NCBI GenBank assembly: GCA_046754465.1
Contig: JBHHVU010000004.1
Location: forward strand, 1-64,000
Direction of reading: 5' to 3'
DNA length: 64,000 nt
Source of the DNA: Nitrospinaceae bacterium
GTDB lineage: Bacteria > Nitrospinota > Nitrospinia > Nitrospinales > VA-1
A program made the translations under genes and the position numbers. Numbering within the stretch: the stretch's first letter is position 1; every line of letters starts with the position of its first letter. Under the pieces are notes generated by a model that saw nothing but the letters and a program-made list of their open reading frames with translations, ran no database searches and was not told the origin of the DNA. This document shows, piece after piece, positions 48,310 to 57,580 of this stretch.

Positions 48310-49653
48310 TTACATTTTTTCCGTACGGCCGTCAGGAATTTCAAGGGGATCCGGTAGCTTTGGCCTGGAAACCTTCAGCTTTAAGCCCACCACCGCTTCT
48401 ACCACAACGCTTTCACCCGCCGCGATGGGGTCGTCGGCTTCGGCATTCCAGATTTCCCCGTGAACCATAACTGTTCCCGCCGGGTTCAGTTCGGTTTTGA
48501 CCACTGCTTTTTCGCCGATCAACCCTTCCCAGCCAGAAAGGGAGCGGCGGCGTTGGGCCTGGGCCGCGAGGTAAACGATTCCGATACTCAGCGCAATGGA
48601 AAAGCCCAAGGTGGGGATGAGCACGGTCTTGGAAATCTGCATGGCGGGGTCGTCGCTCTCTATGAGCATGAGGGAGCCCAACAACAGGGAAATCACTCCC
48701 CCCACCGATAGCAGGCCAAAACTCATGACATTGATCTCGGCGATGAATAGAATGATTCCCAGGATAATCAGCAGCAAGCCTGCATAATTGATCGGCAGGG
48801 TCTGCATGGCATACATGGCCAGGATGAGGCTGATTCCCCCGATCACCCCCGGCAGAATCAATCCGGGGTTGGACAATTCGAAATAGAGTCCGACCAGACC
48901 CAGCATCATCAGGACATAAGCGACATTAGGATTGGAAATGATATCCAGGATTTTTTGGCGTTTGCTCATTTCCCGAAAGACCATTTCCTTGTTCTTGGTG
49001 TGCAGGGTGACGGATTGGGAGCCTATTTTGATTTTGCGTCCGTCCAGGGCGAGGACGAGAGCTTCGAGATTGGCGGCGATGAGGTCGATGACGTTCAGTT
49101 TTTTGGCCTCTTCGGCGGAGATGGAGACGCTTTTTTTCACCGAGAGTTCCGCCCAGTAGGCGTTGCGTCCACGGTGCTCGGCGAGGGACCGGATGTAGGC
49201 GGCCGCGTCGTTGACGATCTTGTTCTCCATGGTCTTATCCTGATCGCCTCCACCCCCTCCGCCCATCAGGTTGACCGGGTGTGCGGCGCCGATATTCGTT
49301 CCCGGCGCCATGGCTGCGATGTGCGACGCGATCGTGATGAAGGTCCCCGCCGACGCGGCCCGGGAACCGCCTGGAGCCACGTAGGTGGCCACGGGGACAC
49401 GGGAATTTTGGATGCCCTTGATGATCTGGCGCATAGAAGTGTCCAGGCCTCCGGGCGTGTCCATCCGGATTATGATCAATTCGTCCCGGGAGAGGTTGGC
49501 GGCATGGATTTCATGGGTGACGAACTCGGCCACGACCGGGTTGATGGCCCCGGCGATCTCGACCACGACAATACGGCCCTCGCCCCATGCCTGAACTGGC
49601 AGGAAAAAAAATATCAGAATGATCCATCCGGGTATTGGTTTCATATTCTCCAC
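48310..49653 (-). CDS. nfeD: Long-form NfeD membrane-bound serine protease (ClpP-like domain)
   Basis: MDTPGG, RAASAG, MAPGTNIGAAHPV, multi-TM region, and C-terminal OB fold (GTVMVHGEIWNA). Confidence 0.93.
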   Translation of the reverse strand: MENMKPIPGWIILIFFFLPVQAWGEGRIVVVEIAGAINPVVAEFVTHEIHAANLSRDELIIIRMDTPGGLDTSMRQIIKGIQNSRVPVATYVAPGGSRAASAGTFITIASHIAAMAPGTNIGAAHPVNLMGGGGGGDQDKTMENKIVNDAAAYIRSLAEHRGRNAYWAELSVKKSVSISAEEAKKLNVIDLIAANLEALVLALDGRKIKIGSQSVTLHTKNKEMVFREMSKRQKILDIISNPNVAYVLMMLGLVGLYFELSNPGLILPGVIGGISLILAMYAMQTLPINYAGLLLIILGIILFIAEINVMSFGLLSVGGVISLLLGSLMLIESDDPAMQISKTVLIPTLGFSIALSIGIVYLAAQAQRRRSLSGWEGLIGEKAVVKTELNPAGTVMVHGEIWNAEADDPIAAGESVVVEAVVGLKLKVSRPKLPDPLEIPDGRTEKM

Positions 49654-49821
49654 GGTGCCCGCTTTAAATAGGAGCGCACATCACATTGCCATTTTTTCAC
49701 AGTTTGAGGCAAAGTCCAACCAAAACCCGCACCCGCCGGGCCGGTCTTTTGGGGGTTCATCCGTACCGGGATTGGTGGTAGACTGAATCTTGGAATATCG
49801 CCATCCCAAAACAGGTCATCC

Positions 49822-50265
49822 ATGGAATACAAAACCATCTTCATCGTCGATCCCGTTCGAAGTGAAAGAATCCAACTTTCCAAATTCATCAAACAGGAAT
49901 TTTTCACCGTCATGAGTTTTGTGGCCGTTGCCGATTGTTTCAAACATTCCCAAACGATCCGTGGCGATCTGGTCATTTATGTGTTGCGGAAAAACAAAAC
50001 GGAAATCAAGCATCTGCTGAATATCAAAAAAAAATATAAGAAGCTGAATTTTATTCTTTTGAAGACTCCCGATTCTCCGGAGGCCAACCTCGCCGATATG
50101 CAGGATAAGGGGTTCCCATTGATATTTAAAGCGGGCAGCCTGGAAAAAGTGAGAGAGATCACTCTGAATCTTCTGGCTCCCGACGGCTTGCCCCCCCGCA
50201 CCGAAACGCCGCATCCGGTCCCCATAGGAATCGACCTGGGTCCCATTCCATCCCTGAAACCATGA
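49822..50265 (+). CDS. Degenerate receiver-fold protein (hypothetical)
   Basis: KTIFIVDP...DLVIYV pattern resembles a REC domain lacking the phosphoacceptor Asp. ATGA overlap with kdsA. Confidence 0.6.
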   Translation: MEYKTIFIVDPVRSERIQLSKFIKQEFFTVMSFVAVADCFKHSQTIRGDLVIYVLRKNKTEIKHLLNIKKKYKKLNFILLKTPDSPEANLADMQDKGFPLIFKAGSLEKVREITLNLLAPDGLPPRTETPHPVPIGIDLGPIPSLKP

Positions 50266-51116
50266 ACCGGGATCCGTTGCCAACCCGAGAGGTCGCGGTA
50301 GGATCGGTCACCATCGGCGGTGCGCATCCGATGGCCCTCATTGCTGGTCCGTGTGTGATCGAGTCGGAATCTCTCGCCATGGATACGGCCGAAAAATTGA
50401 AGCGGATCACGGCCGACGCCGGGGTTCCCTTCATCTTCAAATCATCCTATGACAAGGCCAACCGGTCGTCCCTCGATTCGTTTCGCGGTCCGGGCCTGGA
50501 AAAAGGGTTGGCGATTTTGAAGAAAATCCGCGGCAAGATGAATGTCCCCGTGCTTTCGGATGTTCACAAGGAGGAGGAGATCGAAGCCGCCGCCGAGGTG
50601 CTGGATGTGTTGCAGATTCCCGCGTTTCTGTGCCGGCAGACGGACCTGCTGGTGGCCGCGGCGCAGTCAGGCAAACCCGTCAATATTAAAAAGGGACAGT
50701 TCATGGCTCCCTGGGACATGAAAAACGTAATCCTCAAGGTGGAAAAAAGCGGCAGCCGGGAAATCCTCCTGACCGAACGGGGGTACATGTTCGGATACAA
50801 TAATCTCGTGGTAGATATGCGTTCCCTGGCGCTGATGCGGGAAAACGGGTATCCGGTGGTGTTCGACGCCACCCACAGCCTCCAGTTGCCCGGCGGACTG
50901 GGAAACAAAAGCGGCGGCCAGCGGGAATTGATACCGCACCTCGCCCGCGGCGCGGTGGCCGTAGGTTGCGATGCCCTGTTCATGGAAATTCATCCCGACC
51001 CCGATCACGCTTTCTCCGACGGACCCAATATGCTCAAGCTCGAAGACCTTCCCGAACTCCTGGAACAGCTCAAAGCCATCGACCACCTGGTCCGCCCTGC
51101 CACGCAAAGAGGGTAA
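50262..51116 (+). CDS. kdsA: 3-deoxy-8-phosphooctulonate (KDO8P) synthase
   Basis: [41 protein letters not shown] and SDG. Confidence 0.96.
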   Translation: MNRDPLPTREVAVGSVTIGGAHPMALIAGPCVIESESLAMDTAEKLKRITADAGVPFIFKSSYDKANRSSLDSFRGPGLEKGLAILKKIRGKMNVPVLSDVHKEEEIEAAAEVLDVLQIPAFLCRQTDLLVAAAQSGKPVNIKKGQFMAPWDMKNVILKVEKSGSREILLTERGYMFGYNNLVVDMRSLALMRENGYPVVFDATHSLQLPGGLGNKSGGQRELIPHLARGAVAVGCDALFMEIHPDPDHAFSDGPNMLKLEDLPELLEQLKAIDHLVRPATQRG

Positions 51117-51193
51117 TGGGCCGGGGCATCATCGCCACACGGCCTTGGTCCGCCATATAACGCAGGTCCATCTATTGCCGGAGGTACTTCACC

Positions 51194-52162
51194 ATGAAGC
51201 CCATGCGCATTTTGTATTTGACGGTGATTCTGCTTGGAGGAATGCCCGGTCTGGTTTCTGGATCGCCGCCGGCAACCTGGAAGAAGATGCCTCCGGCTCC
51301 CACGGCGCGTACCGAGGTGGCCGTGGCGGTATTGGAGGGAAAGATCTACGTCCTGGGAGGGTTTGCGCGGGGAGGAATCACCGACCGGGTGGAAGCCTTC
51401 GACACGGCTACCGGACGCTGGGAAGAGAGAAGTCCGCTACCCCGTCCGCTCCATCACACCACCGCTTCGGCCGTCAACGGCAAACTCTATGTCATCGGCG
51501 GGTTCTACTCGGGCCGATGGACCCCCACGCACACCACTTACGAATACGATCCGGTCAAAAACCGGTGGACGGAAAAAGCCCCGATGCCCACGCCAAGGGG
51601 AGCGTTGGCCGCGGGAGTGATCGATGGAAAGATTTATGCCGTGGGCGGGGCGCACCGGAAATTTTTCCGCATGGTCAATACCGATGCCAATGAAGTGTAC
51701 GATCCGCGAACCGGGCGATGGCGAAAACTCGCGCCCCTGCCCACCCCGAGGGACCATTTGACCATCTCCACTGTGGGCGGAAAGCTTTTCGCCATCGGCG
51801 GACGCGTCAACGTCGACTATAACATGAACCTGGACGCCAACGAATCCTACGATCCTTCAAGCGGAAGCTGGACCCGCCTCAAACCCCTTCCCACTCCAAG
51901 AAGCGGAATCACGTCCCAGGCGCTGAATGGCATCATTTATGTGTTTGGCGGAGAATCGGGAAACGGCACCTTCCGGGAAAACGAGGCGTACGATCCGGAA
52001 CGGGCCCATTGGAACACCATGCTCCCGATGCCGAAGGGACGGCACGGTTTGGGCAGCGCGGTGTGGAACGGTGGGATTCATCTTTTGACCGGCGGACCCA
52101 ACCCTGGCGGTGGAGGCAGCGACACGCACATTGTTTTCTATCCGGGACCTCCCGGCAATTAA
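51194..52162 (+). CDS. Exported kelch-repeat beta-propeller protein
   Basis: Signal peptide; six repeats of the pattern GKIYVxGG...E.YDP...W...PMPxPR. Confidence 0.92.
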   Translation: MKPMRILYLTVILLGGMPGLVSGSPPATWKKMPPAPTARTEVAVAVLEGKIYVLGGFARGGITDRVEAFDTATGRWEERSPLPRPLHHTTASAVNGKLYVIGGFYSGRWTPTHTTYEYDPVKNRWTEKAPMPTPRGALAAGVIDGKIYAVGGAHRKFFRMVNTDANEVYDPRTGRWRKLAPLPTPRDHLTISTVGGKLFAIGGRVNVDYNMNLDANESYDPSSGSWTRLKPLPTPRSGITSQALNGIIYVFGGESGNGTFRENEAYDPERAHWNTMLPMPKGRHGLGSAVWNGGIHLLTGGPNPGGGGSDTHIVFYPGPPGN

Positions 52163-52194
52163 GGGCCCCTGCTGTGTGGCCGGGGTTTGCCAAC

Positions 52195-52283
52195 AAAAAA
52201 AGACTCGAAAAAAGGCACGCCACGGATTGGGTCTTGATCCGACCCAATCCGTTGGAGGAGGCAGTGCCATTTCGAATCTTCAC
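52195..52283 (-). ncRNA. Putative sigma54-dependent small RNA (~90 nt, rod-shaped, CCUCCUCC motif)
   Basis: Predicted +1 (52283) of the adjacent sigma54 promoter falls at the 5' edge of a nested hairpin with a 12-bp perfect core and an 11-bp outer stem containing a minus-strand-specific G-U pair; ends in a U7 tract. Confidence 0.7.
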
Positions 52284-52294
52284 TCCATTAATGA

Positions 52295-52310
52295 GCAATC
52301 CCCGTGCCAA
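52295..52310 (-). promoter_or_regulatory. sigma54 (-24/-12) promoter
   Basis: Minus strand reads TTGGCACGGGGATTGC, an exact match to TGGCAC-N5-TTGC. Confidence 0.85.
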
Positions 52311-52430
52311 ACGAATATTTCCAGGGAAAACCCTGAAAACCCGGTTTATTTATAATAGCTTGGAGAAGATGACCCTGGGAGGGGCGGCGTCAAAAAGCCC
52401 ATGGCAAGGATGCAAATATTGCCGGGTGCG

Positions 52431-53225
52431 TCAAAATTTTCCGATTTCGTTGGGTGACTTTACTCTCAAGAATGCGGCAAGAAAATCGGTGAGGGACCGG
52501 GTAGCTAATTGGGCGTGGTCCTTCAAATTTTTCAGGGACTTCAGGGAGGCTGGGTGGGTGAGGACGTACCACCCGGCTTTCAACCTGGAGATTTCACCAT
52601 CCTTCTCCAAAAATGAGGAAACGTCAAAAAGTTCCTGGCTGGCGGTGTCGGTGATGGACCGGATAGACAGGAAGGGCAGGTTTTTTTCCCGGGCCACCCG
52701 CGCCAGGGCAGCGGTCTCCATGTCGATCGCCAGAACGGAATACTGTATCCCGATCTCATGCTTCAATTTAGGATCGTGGACCACCTCCTCCACGGTGATC
52801 AATCCGCCGCTAAAGATGGAAGCCGGGAGGGAAGGGATCTCACGCGGGGCCTGCCGGAGAAGGTGTGGGTCGATGGGAATCTCCAGGGGCGGCGGGTTGC
52901 CGCTTTTGCCGTCATCCGCCGAGGGTAATTCCAGAACCTTGTCGGCCACCAGAAGGTCGCCCACCCGCAAACGGGGATCGGCTCCCCCGGCGTAGCCGAT
53001 GGACACGATCATCGCAGGCCGGAATTTTCCCTGCACCTGGGACAAGGCATCCCTGGCGCGGATTTTCCCGATCCCCGTCCGGACCAGGACGATCGGCCTC
53101 CCCTCCCAGGAGCCGGACCAGACATCGGCCTTGCCGAGCTTTGTCTGCTGGTGAACGGTCATTTGCCGCCGGATGCCGGATATCTCTTCCCGGACCGCGC
53201 CCAGGATACAAATGGCGGGTTCCAT
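52431..53225 (-). CDS. Nucleoside phosphorylase / MTA-SAH nucleosidase family, HpnG-like
   Basis: LGAVREE, TGIG, SIGYAGG, GDLLVAD, IDMETAA and IRSITD, plus a C-terminal helical extension (DG...L..P..L..L) like hopanoid-associated phosphorylases. Confidence 0.8.
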   Translation of the reverse strand: MEPAICILGAVREEISGIRRQMTVHQQTKLGKADVWSGSWEGRPIVLVRTGIGKIRARDALSQVQGKFRPAMIVSIGYAGGADPRLRVGDLLVADKVLELPSADDGKSGNPPPLEIPIDPHLLRQAPREIPSLPASIFSGGLITVEEVVHDPKLKHEIGIQYSVLAIDMETAALARVAREKNLPFLSIRSITDTASQELFDVSSFLEKDGEISRLKAGWYVLTHPASLKSLKNLKDHAQLATRSLTDFLAAFLRVKSPNEIGKF

Positions 53226-53453
53226 CTGATCCAATCCCCCGTGGGTGGTATGAGGTTTAATCTGATTTAAAGCGTCTTCCTGTAATTTTCGGCCTAAAGA
53301 ATATCAGAGTTTGGCCGGAAAATCCTCCTGCTCTCGAAACGGAAATCGCATGCATGTGGGGTTTCCGGGAAGACGAATATTTTCCTTTCTTTCCTATTGC
53401 CTTGGGGTTGTGTTAAATTCTCAGGCTTCGATCATTGTTTCGGATCCAGTTTC

Positions 53454-54827
53454 ATGGCCAAAATTAAATACGAAATTCCCGTGAAAATCGGGGACCGCCT
53501 GGAGCTTACGGTGGAATCCCAGGCATCGAGCGGCGACGGGGTCACCCATCACGGGGGATATACCCTTTTTGTTCCCTCCGGATTGGCCGGCGATGTGGTG
53601 GTGGGCGAGGTCACGCGTGTCACGCCGCGGTTTGGCGTGGTCCGGGTGGTGGAGCCGCTTCGCCTTTCTCCCGACCGGGCCGCAGCCCCTTGTCCGGTGT
53701 TTCCCGATTGCGGCGGATGCAAGTTCCAGAACCTTCTATATGAGAAGCAGATGGAGTTCAAGGTCCGGGTGGTGCAGGACAGCCTGCGTCATATCGGCAA
53801 AATCGATCCTCCGGAAAATATGAAATCCGTGCCGGCGGAAAATCCCTACGGGTACCGCAACAAGGGAAGTTTTGCCGTGGGGGGAGGGACCGGAAATCCC
53901 ACCTTGGGATTTTTCAGGCAGGGCACGCACGAGGTGGTCGATTCGCGAACCTGTGGGATTCTTCTGGACCCGATCAACGAGGTGAAGGAAGAGGTGCGAC
54001 GCCTCCTTGTGAAGCATCGTGTTTCCATTTACGACGAGACCCAGCATAAGGGATTTTTCCGCGGCCTGGTGGTGCGCCACTCCGAGAGTATGGGAGAAAC
54101 CTTGATCGGGCTGGTCACCACCCGTGGCCCTTTTCCTACCCGGTTCCTCGAAGAGATCCGGGACCCGGAATTTCATGAACGGTTTCATGTGACAGGGATC
54201 GTCCAGAACCTGAACCTGCAGGATACGAATATTATCCTGGGTGAAAAAAACCGGGTCCTGTGGGGAGAGAACCGCTTGATCGAGAAAATCGGCGGCCTTC
54301 GGTTCCAGCTATCCCTGGGTTCTTTTTTCCAGGTCAACTCGCGGCAGGCCTTGGTCCTGTACCGGATTATTCAAGGCTGGGCCGGGAAGGGCAGAGGGAT
54401 AATTCTGGATGCCTACAGCGGATCCGGGGGAATCGCTCTCTGGCTGGCGAAGGCGGGATGGCGGGTGTTGGGGATCGAGGAATTTTCTCCGGCGGTTCGG
54501 GATGCCCGGGAAAGCGCCCGGTTGAACGGCATCGAATCCTGTGAATTTTTTGAAGGGACGGTGGAACAGCATCTCCCCCAGTTGGCCGGAACGGGCGAAA
54601 TCGCGGCCATGGTTCTCGATCCGCCCCGGAAAGGGTGTTCGGAAAAAGTCCTCGGCTCCGTTCTGGAAATCGCTCCCGGAAAAATCATCTACGTGTCGTG
54701 CAATCCCGCCACCCTGGCGCGGGACCTGGGCCGGCTGCATCCCTACTGGATTGAGGACCTGCATGTGATCGACATGTTTCCACAGACCCAGCATGTGGAG
54801 ACGGCGGTCTTGCTGAGCCGGGAATAG
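53454..54827 (+). CDS. rlmD: 23S rRNA (uracil-C5)-methyltransferase RlmD
   Basis: TRAM domain, C...CGGC Fe-S motif, SFFQVN, LDPPRKG, YVSCNPATLARD and DMFPQTQHVE. Confidence 0.94.
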   Translation: MAKIKYEIPVKIGDRLELTVESQASSGDGVTHHGGYTLFVPSGLAGDVVVGEVTRVTPRFGVVRVVEPLRLSPDRAAAPCPVFPDCGGCKFQNLLYEKQMEFKVRVVQDSLRHIGKIDPPENMKSVPAENPYGYRNKGSFAVGGGTGNPTLGFFRQGTHEVVDSRTCGILLDPINEVKEEVRRLLVKHRVSIYDETQHKGFFRGLVVRHSESMGETLIGLVTTRGPFPTRFLEEIRDPEFHERFHVTGIVQNLNLQDTNIILGEKNRVLWGENRLIEKIGGLRFQLSLGSFFQVNSRQALVLYRIIQGWAGKGRGIILDAYSGSGGIALWLAKAGWRVLGIEEFSPAVRDARESARLNGIESCEFFEGTVEQHLPQLAGTGEIAAMVLDPPRKGCSEKVLGSVLEIAPGKIIYVSCNPATLARDLGRLHPYWIEDLHVIDMFPQTQHVETAVLLSRE

Positions 54828-54890
54828 GAACCGGTTCGGTTCCGGGGACCGATTCCGTTCCGGGGGCCGCCCCGGTTATCGGAATGCGCG

Positions 54891-56291
54891 TTAAAATCGG
54901 GCGTGCTTGGGGGTGCGGGGAAAAGGGATCACGTCGCGGATGTTGTCCATCCCGGTGGTAAACTGGACCAGCCGTTCGAATCCCAGCCCGAATCCGGAGT
55001 GGGGAGCGGACCCGAACCGCCGGAGGTCCGTGTACCACCAATAATCCTTTGAGTCGATCCCCTTTTCAGCCATTCGTTTTTGCAGGATTTCGTAGTTGTC
55101 CTCGCGCTGGCTGCCGCCGATGATTTCCCCCAGTTTGGGCAAAAGGACATCCATGGCCCGGACGGTCTCATTATCTTCGTTCAATTTCATGTAGAACGGC
55201 TTGATCTCTTCCGGGTAATTGTAAACGATGACGGGTTTTTTGAAGACCTTCTCGCTCAGGAAACGCTCGTGTTCCGACTGCAGGGTGCAGCCCCATTCCA
55301 CGGAGTACACGAAGGTTTCGGAGGATTTTTCCAGGATGTGAATGGCATCCCTGTAATGAAGGCGTTCGAACCGGTGTTCGACGATTTGACGGAGATTTTC
55401 GAGGATCGACGAGTCGATCCGTTTGTTGAAAAACTCCATATCCTCGGTGCAGTTTTCCAGGACATCCCGGAACAGGGTTTTGATGAATTCCTCGGCGAGG
55501 TCCATGTCGTCATCCAGATCGTAGAAGGCCATTTCCGGTTCGACCATCCAGAACTCGGCGAGGTGGCGTTTGGTGTTCGAGTTTTCCGCCCGGAAGGTGG
55601 GACCGAAGGTGTAAATATCCGAGAGGGCCAGCGCGTAGATTTCTCCCTCCAACTGTCCGCTGACGGTCAGGCTGGTTTTTTCTCCAAAAAAATCCTGGCT
55701 GTAGTCGATCTTCCCATCCACCCGGGGCGGTTGGGAAAGATTCAGAGTGGTGACCTGGAACATTTCCCCCGCGCCCTCGCAATCGCTGGTGGTGATGATG
55801 GGGGTGTTGAGGTATAGGAAACCCCGGTCGTTGAAAAATTTGTGGATGGAATAAGCGAGCCGGTTGCGGACGCGCATAACCGCGCCCATCGTGTTGGTCC
55901 GCGGACGCAAGTGGGCGATTTCACGCAGGAATTCGAACGAGTGACGTTTCTTTTGCAACGGATAACTTTCCGGTTCCGCCACCCCATAGACCCGGATTTC
56001 GCCCGCACAGACTTCCATGGACTGTCCCTTGCCCTGGGACCGGACCAAGTCCCCCGTCACCGCCACGCAGGTTCCGGTGGTCAACTGGTGGGTGCAGGCT
56101 TGAAAACTCTCCAGGGTATGGTCCGCCACCACCTGAATGCTGCTGAGGCAGGAGCCGTCGTTGATTTCGATGAAGGAGAAGCCTCCCTTGGAATCCCTGC
56201 GGGTGCGGATCCATCCCTTGATGATGACGTTTGACCGCTCTTCCTCACTTTGTAAAAGGTCTTTCACCCGGTCGCGAATTTTTTTTTGCAT
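54891..56291 (-). CDS. asnS: Asparagine--tRNA ligase
   Basis: GWIRTRR, DCEGAGEMF, LTVSGQL, FRAENSNT.RHLAEFWM, IGGSQRE and GFGLGFER. Confidence 0.97.
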   Translation of the reverse strand: MQKKIRDRVKDLLQSEEERSNVIIKGWIRTRRDSKGGFSFIEINDGSCLSSIQVVADHTLESFQACTHQLTTGTCVAVTGDLVRSQGKGQSMEVCAGEIRVYGVAEPESYPLQKKRHSFEFLREIAHLRPRTNTMGAVMRVRNRLAYSIHKFFNDRGFLYLNTPIITTSDCEGAGEMFQVTTLNLSQPPRVDGKIDYSQDFFGEKTSLTVSGQLEGEIYALALSDIYTFGPTFRAENSNTKRHLAEFWMVEPEMAFYDLDDDMDLAEEFIKTLFRDVLENCTEDMEFFNKRIDSSILENLRQIVEHRFERLHYRDAIHILEKSSETFVYSVEWGCTLQSEHERFLSEKVFKKPVIVYNYPEEIKPFYMKLNEDNETVRAMDVLLPKLGEIIGGSQREDNYEILQKRMAEKGIDSKDYWWYTDLRRFGSAPHSGFGLGFERLVQFTTGMDNIRDVIPFPRTPKHARF

Positions 56292-56386
56292 GGTATTTTT
56301 CGTTTCGAAAGGCCCGGCGGCAACTTATTCCCCCTGGTTCGTGTCCGGAACTCCTACGCCGCGCCGGGGGAAGGAGTTCCCATCGA

Positions 56387-56415
56387 TTGACAAGAAAGGG
56401 GAATTGAGATACTTT
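56387..56415 (+). promoter_or_regulatory. sigma70 promoter for yggT-divIVA-yggU-mtnA
   Basis: TTGACA (56387-56392), 17-nt spacer, TACTTT (56410-56415). Confidence 0.68.
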
Positions 56416-56498
56416 AATCTTGTTGAAAATTAAAGATTTTGCCTGATCTGCCTCGTTCGGAGAAATTCTTTTCCACTAAAGGACTTATTAATCCGCCT

Positions 56499-56798
56499 AT
56501 GTATATTTTAGGAAACTTTCTGGAAGCCACGGCCAAAATACTGGATATCGCGCTCAGTCTTTATATGTGGATCATCATTATTCGGGCGCTATTGTCCTGG
56601 GTCAACCCGGATCCATATAATCCCATCGTCCAGTTTCTATACAGTATCACAGAACCGGTCATGGTTCGAGTCCGGCAATTGCTGCCCATGTCGGGAATGG
56701 GTATCGATTTTACCCCTATTATAGTGATTCTCGCCATTATTTTCCTCCAGGAATTTCTGGTAAAATCCCTTGGAATGTTTGCCATTCAACTGCAATAA
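56499..56798 (+). CDS. yggT: YggT family membrane protein
   Basis: YMWIIIIRALLSWVNPDPYNPIVQFL...TEP...IDFTP. Confidence 0.95.
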   Translation: MYILGNFLEATAKILDIALSLYMWIIIIRALLSWVNPDPYNPIVQFLYSITEPVMVRVRQLLPMSGMGIDFTPIIVILAIIFLQEFLVKSLGMFAIQLQ

Positions 56799-56805
56799 TG
56801 AGTCC

Positions 56806-57231
56806 ATGCGATTAAATTATCTCGACATTCTGGAACAATGTTTCCGCGAAAAGTTTCGGGGGTACAGCAAACAGGAAGTCGATACTTTTTTGCAACTGGT
56901 GGCGGACGATTTCAAGGATATGGCGGAAGAGATCCAGCAACTGAAAAAGGAGATCGAAGGCAAGGACACGCTCCTCCAGGATCTCAAGGCCAGGCTCAAG
57001 GAAAACCCGAATGGCGGAGGTCCTTCCCAGATCACTCCAGAAATACTGAAGGAAAAGGCCAAGCGGATCATCCTTCTGGCACGGGAACAGGCGGAACAGC
57101 AGAAAAAGAGGGCCGACAGCGAACTGACGTTGCTGAAAAAGGAAATACAACGGCTGAGACAGGAAAAAACCAACCTGATTCAAACCCTGAAAGACACCGC
57201 CCGGCAACAACTGGATCGGCTCAAAAAATAA
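56806..57231 (+). CDS. DivIVA domain protein
   Basis: DIxxxxF...FRGYSKQEVDTFL followed by a coiled coil. Confidence 0.9.
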   Translation: MRLNYLDILEQCFREKFRGYSKQEVDTFLQLVADDFKDMAEEIQQLKKEIEGKDTLLQDLKARLKENPNGGGPSQITPEILKEKAKRIILLAREQAEQQKKRADSELTLLKKEIQRLRQEKTNLIQTLKDTARQQLDRLKK

Positions 57232-57253
57232 AGTCACCGTTCCCGGATTCACC

Positions 57254-57562
57254 ATGCCATTGAAAATCACCAGATGCAAGGAAGGGATCCAGTTCGCCGC
57301 CACCTTGCAGCCCCGCGCCTCCAGGAATGAGATTACAGGTTTGCACAACGACTCCTTGAAGATTCGCCTGACCTCCCCGCCGGTGGACGGGGCGGCGAAC
57401 CGCACTTGCGTCAAGTTTCTTGCCAAGGAATTGGGAATCCGGCCTTCCTCGATCCGGATCGTGAGCGGTCTCACCAGCCGAAGGAAGACCATCCGGATCG
57501 AGGATATGGACGAAGCCGGGTTCCTGAAAAAACTGTCTCCGCTCATCCCGGAAGCCCACTGA
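57254..57562 (+). CDS. yggU: DUF167 / YggU family protein
   Basis: QPRASRNEI, PPVDGAAN and GLTSRRK. Confidence 0.93.
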   Translation: MPLKITRCKEGIQFAATLQPRASRNEITGLHNDSLKIRLTSPPVDGAANRTCVKFLAKELGIRPSSIRIVSGLTSRRKTIRIEDMDEAGFLKKLSPLIPEAH

Positions 57563-57580
57563 AAATATATTGAAGGAACG

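Noticed and set aside
52009..52995. 328-aa plus-strand ORF spanning the sRNA locus (and the 137/125-aa minus-strand ORFs there)
   Set aside because: They overlap the kelch and/or hpnG-like genes and have no protein-like motifs; the region is better explained as structured RNA.
54826..54868. Short imperfect tandem repeat (ccggttcggttccgggg / ccgattccgttccgggg) considered as a CRISPR or REP remnant
   Set aside because: Only two degenerate copies, no spacers and no cas genes; likely a hairpin region between convergent rlmD and asnS.
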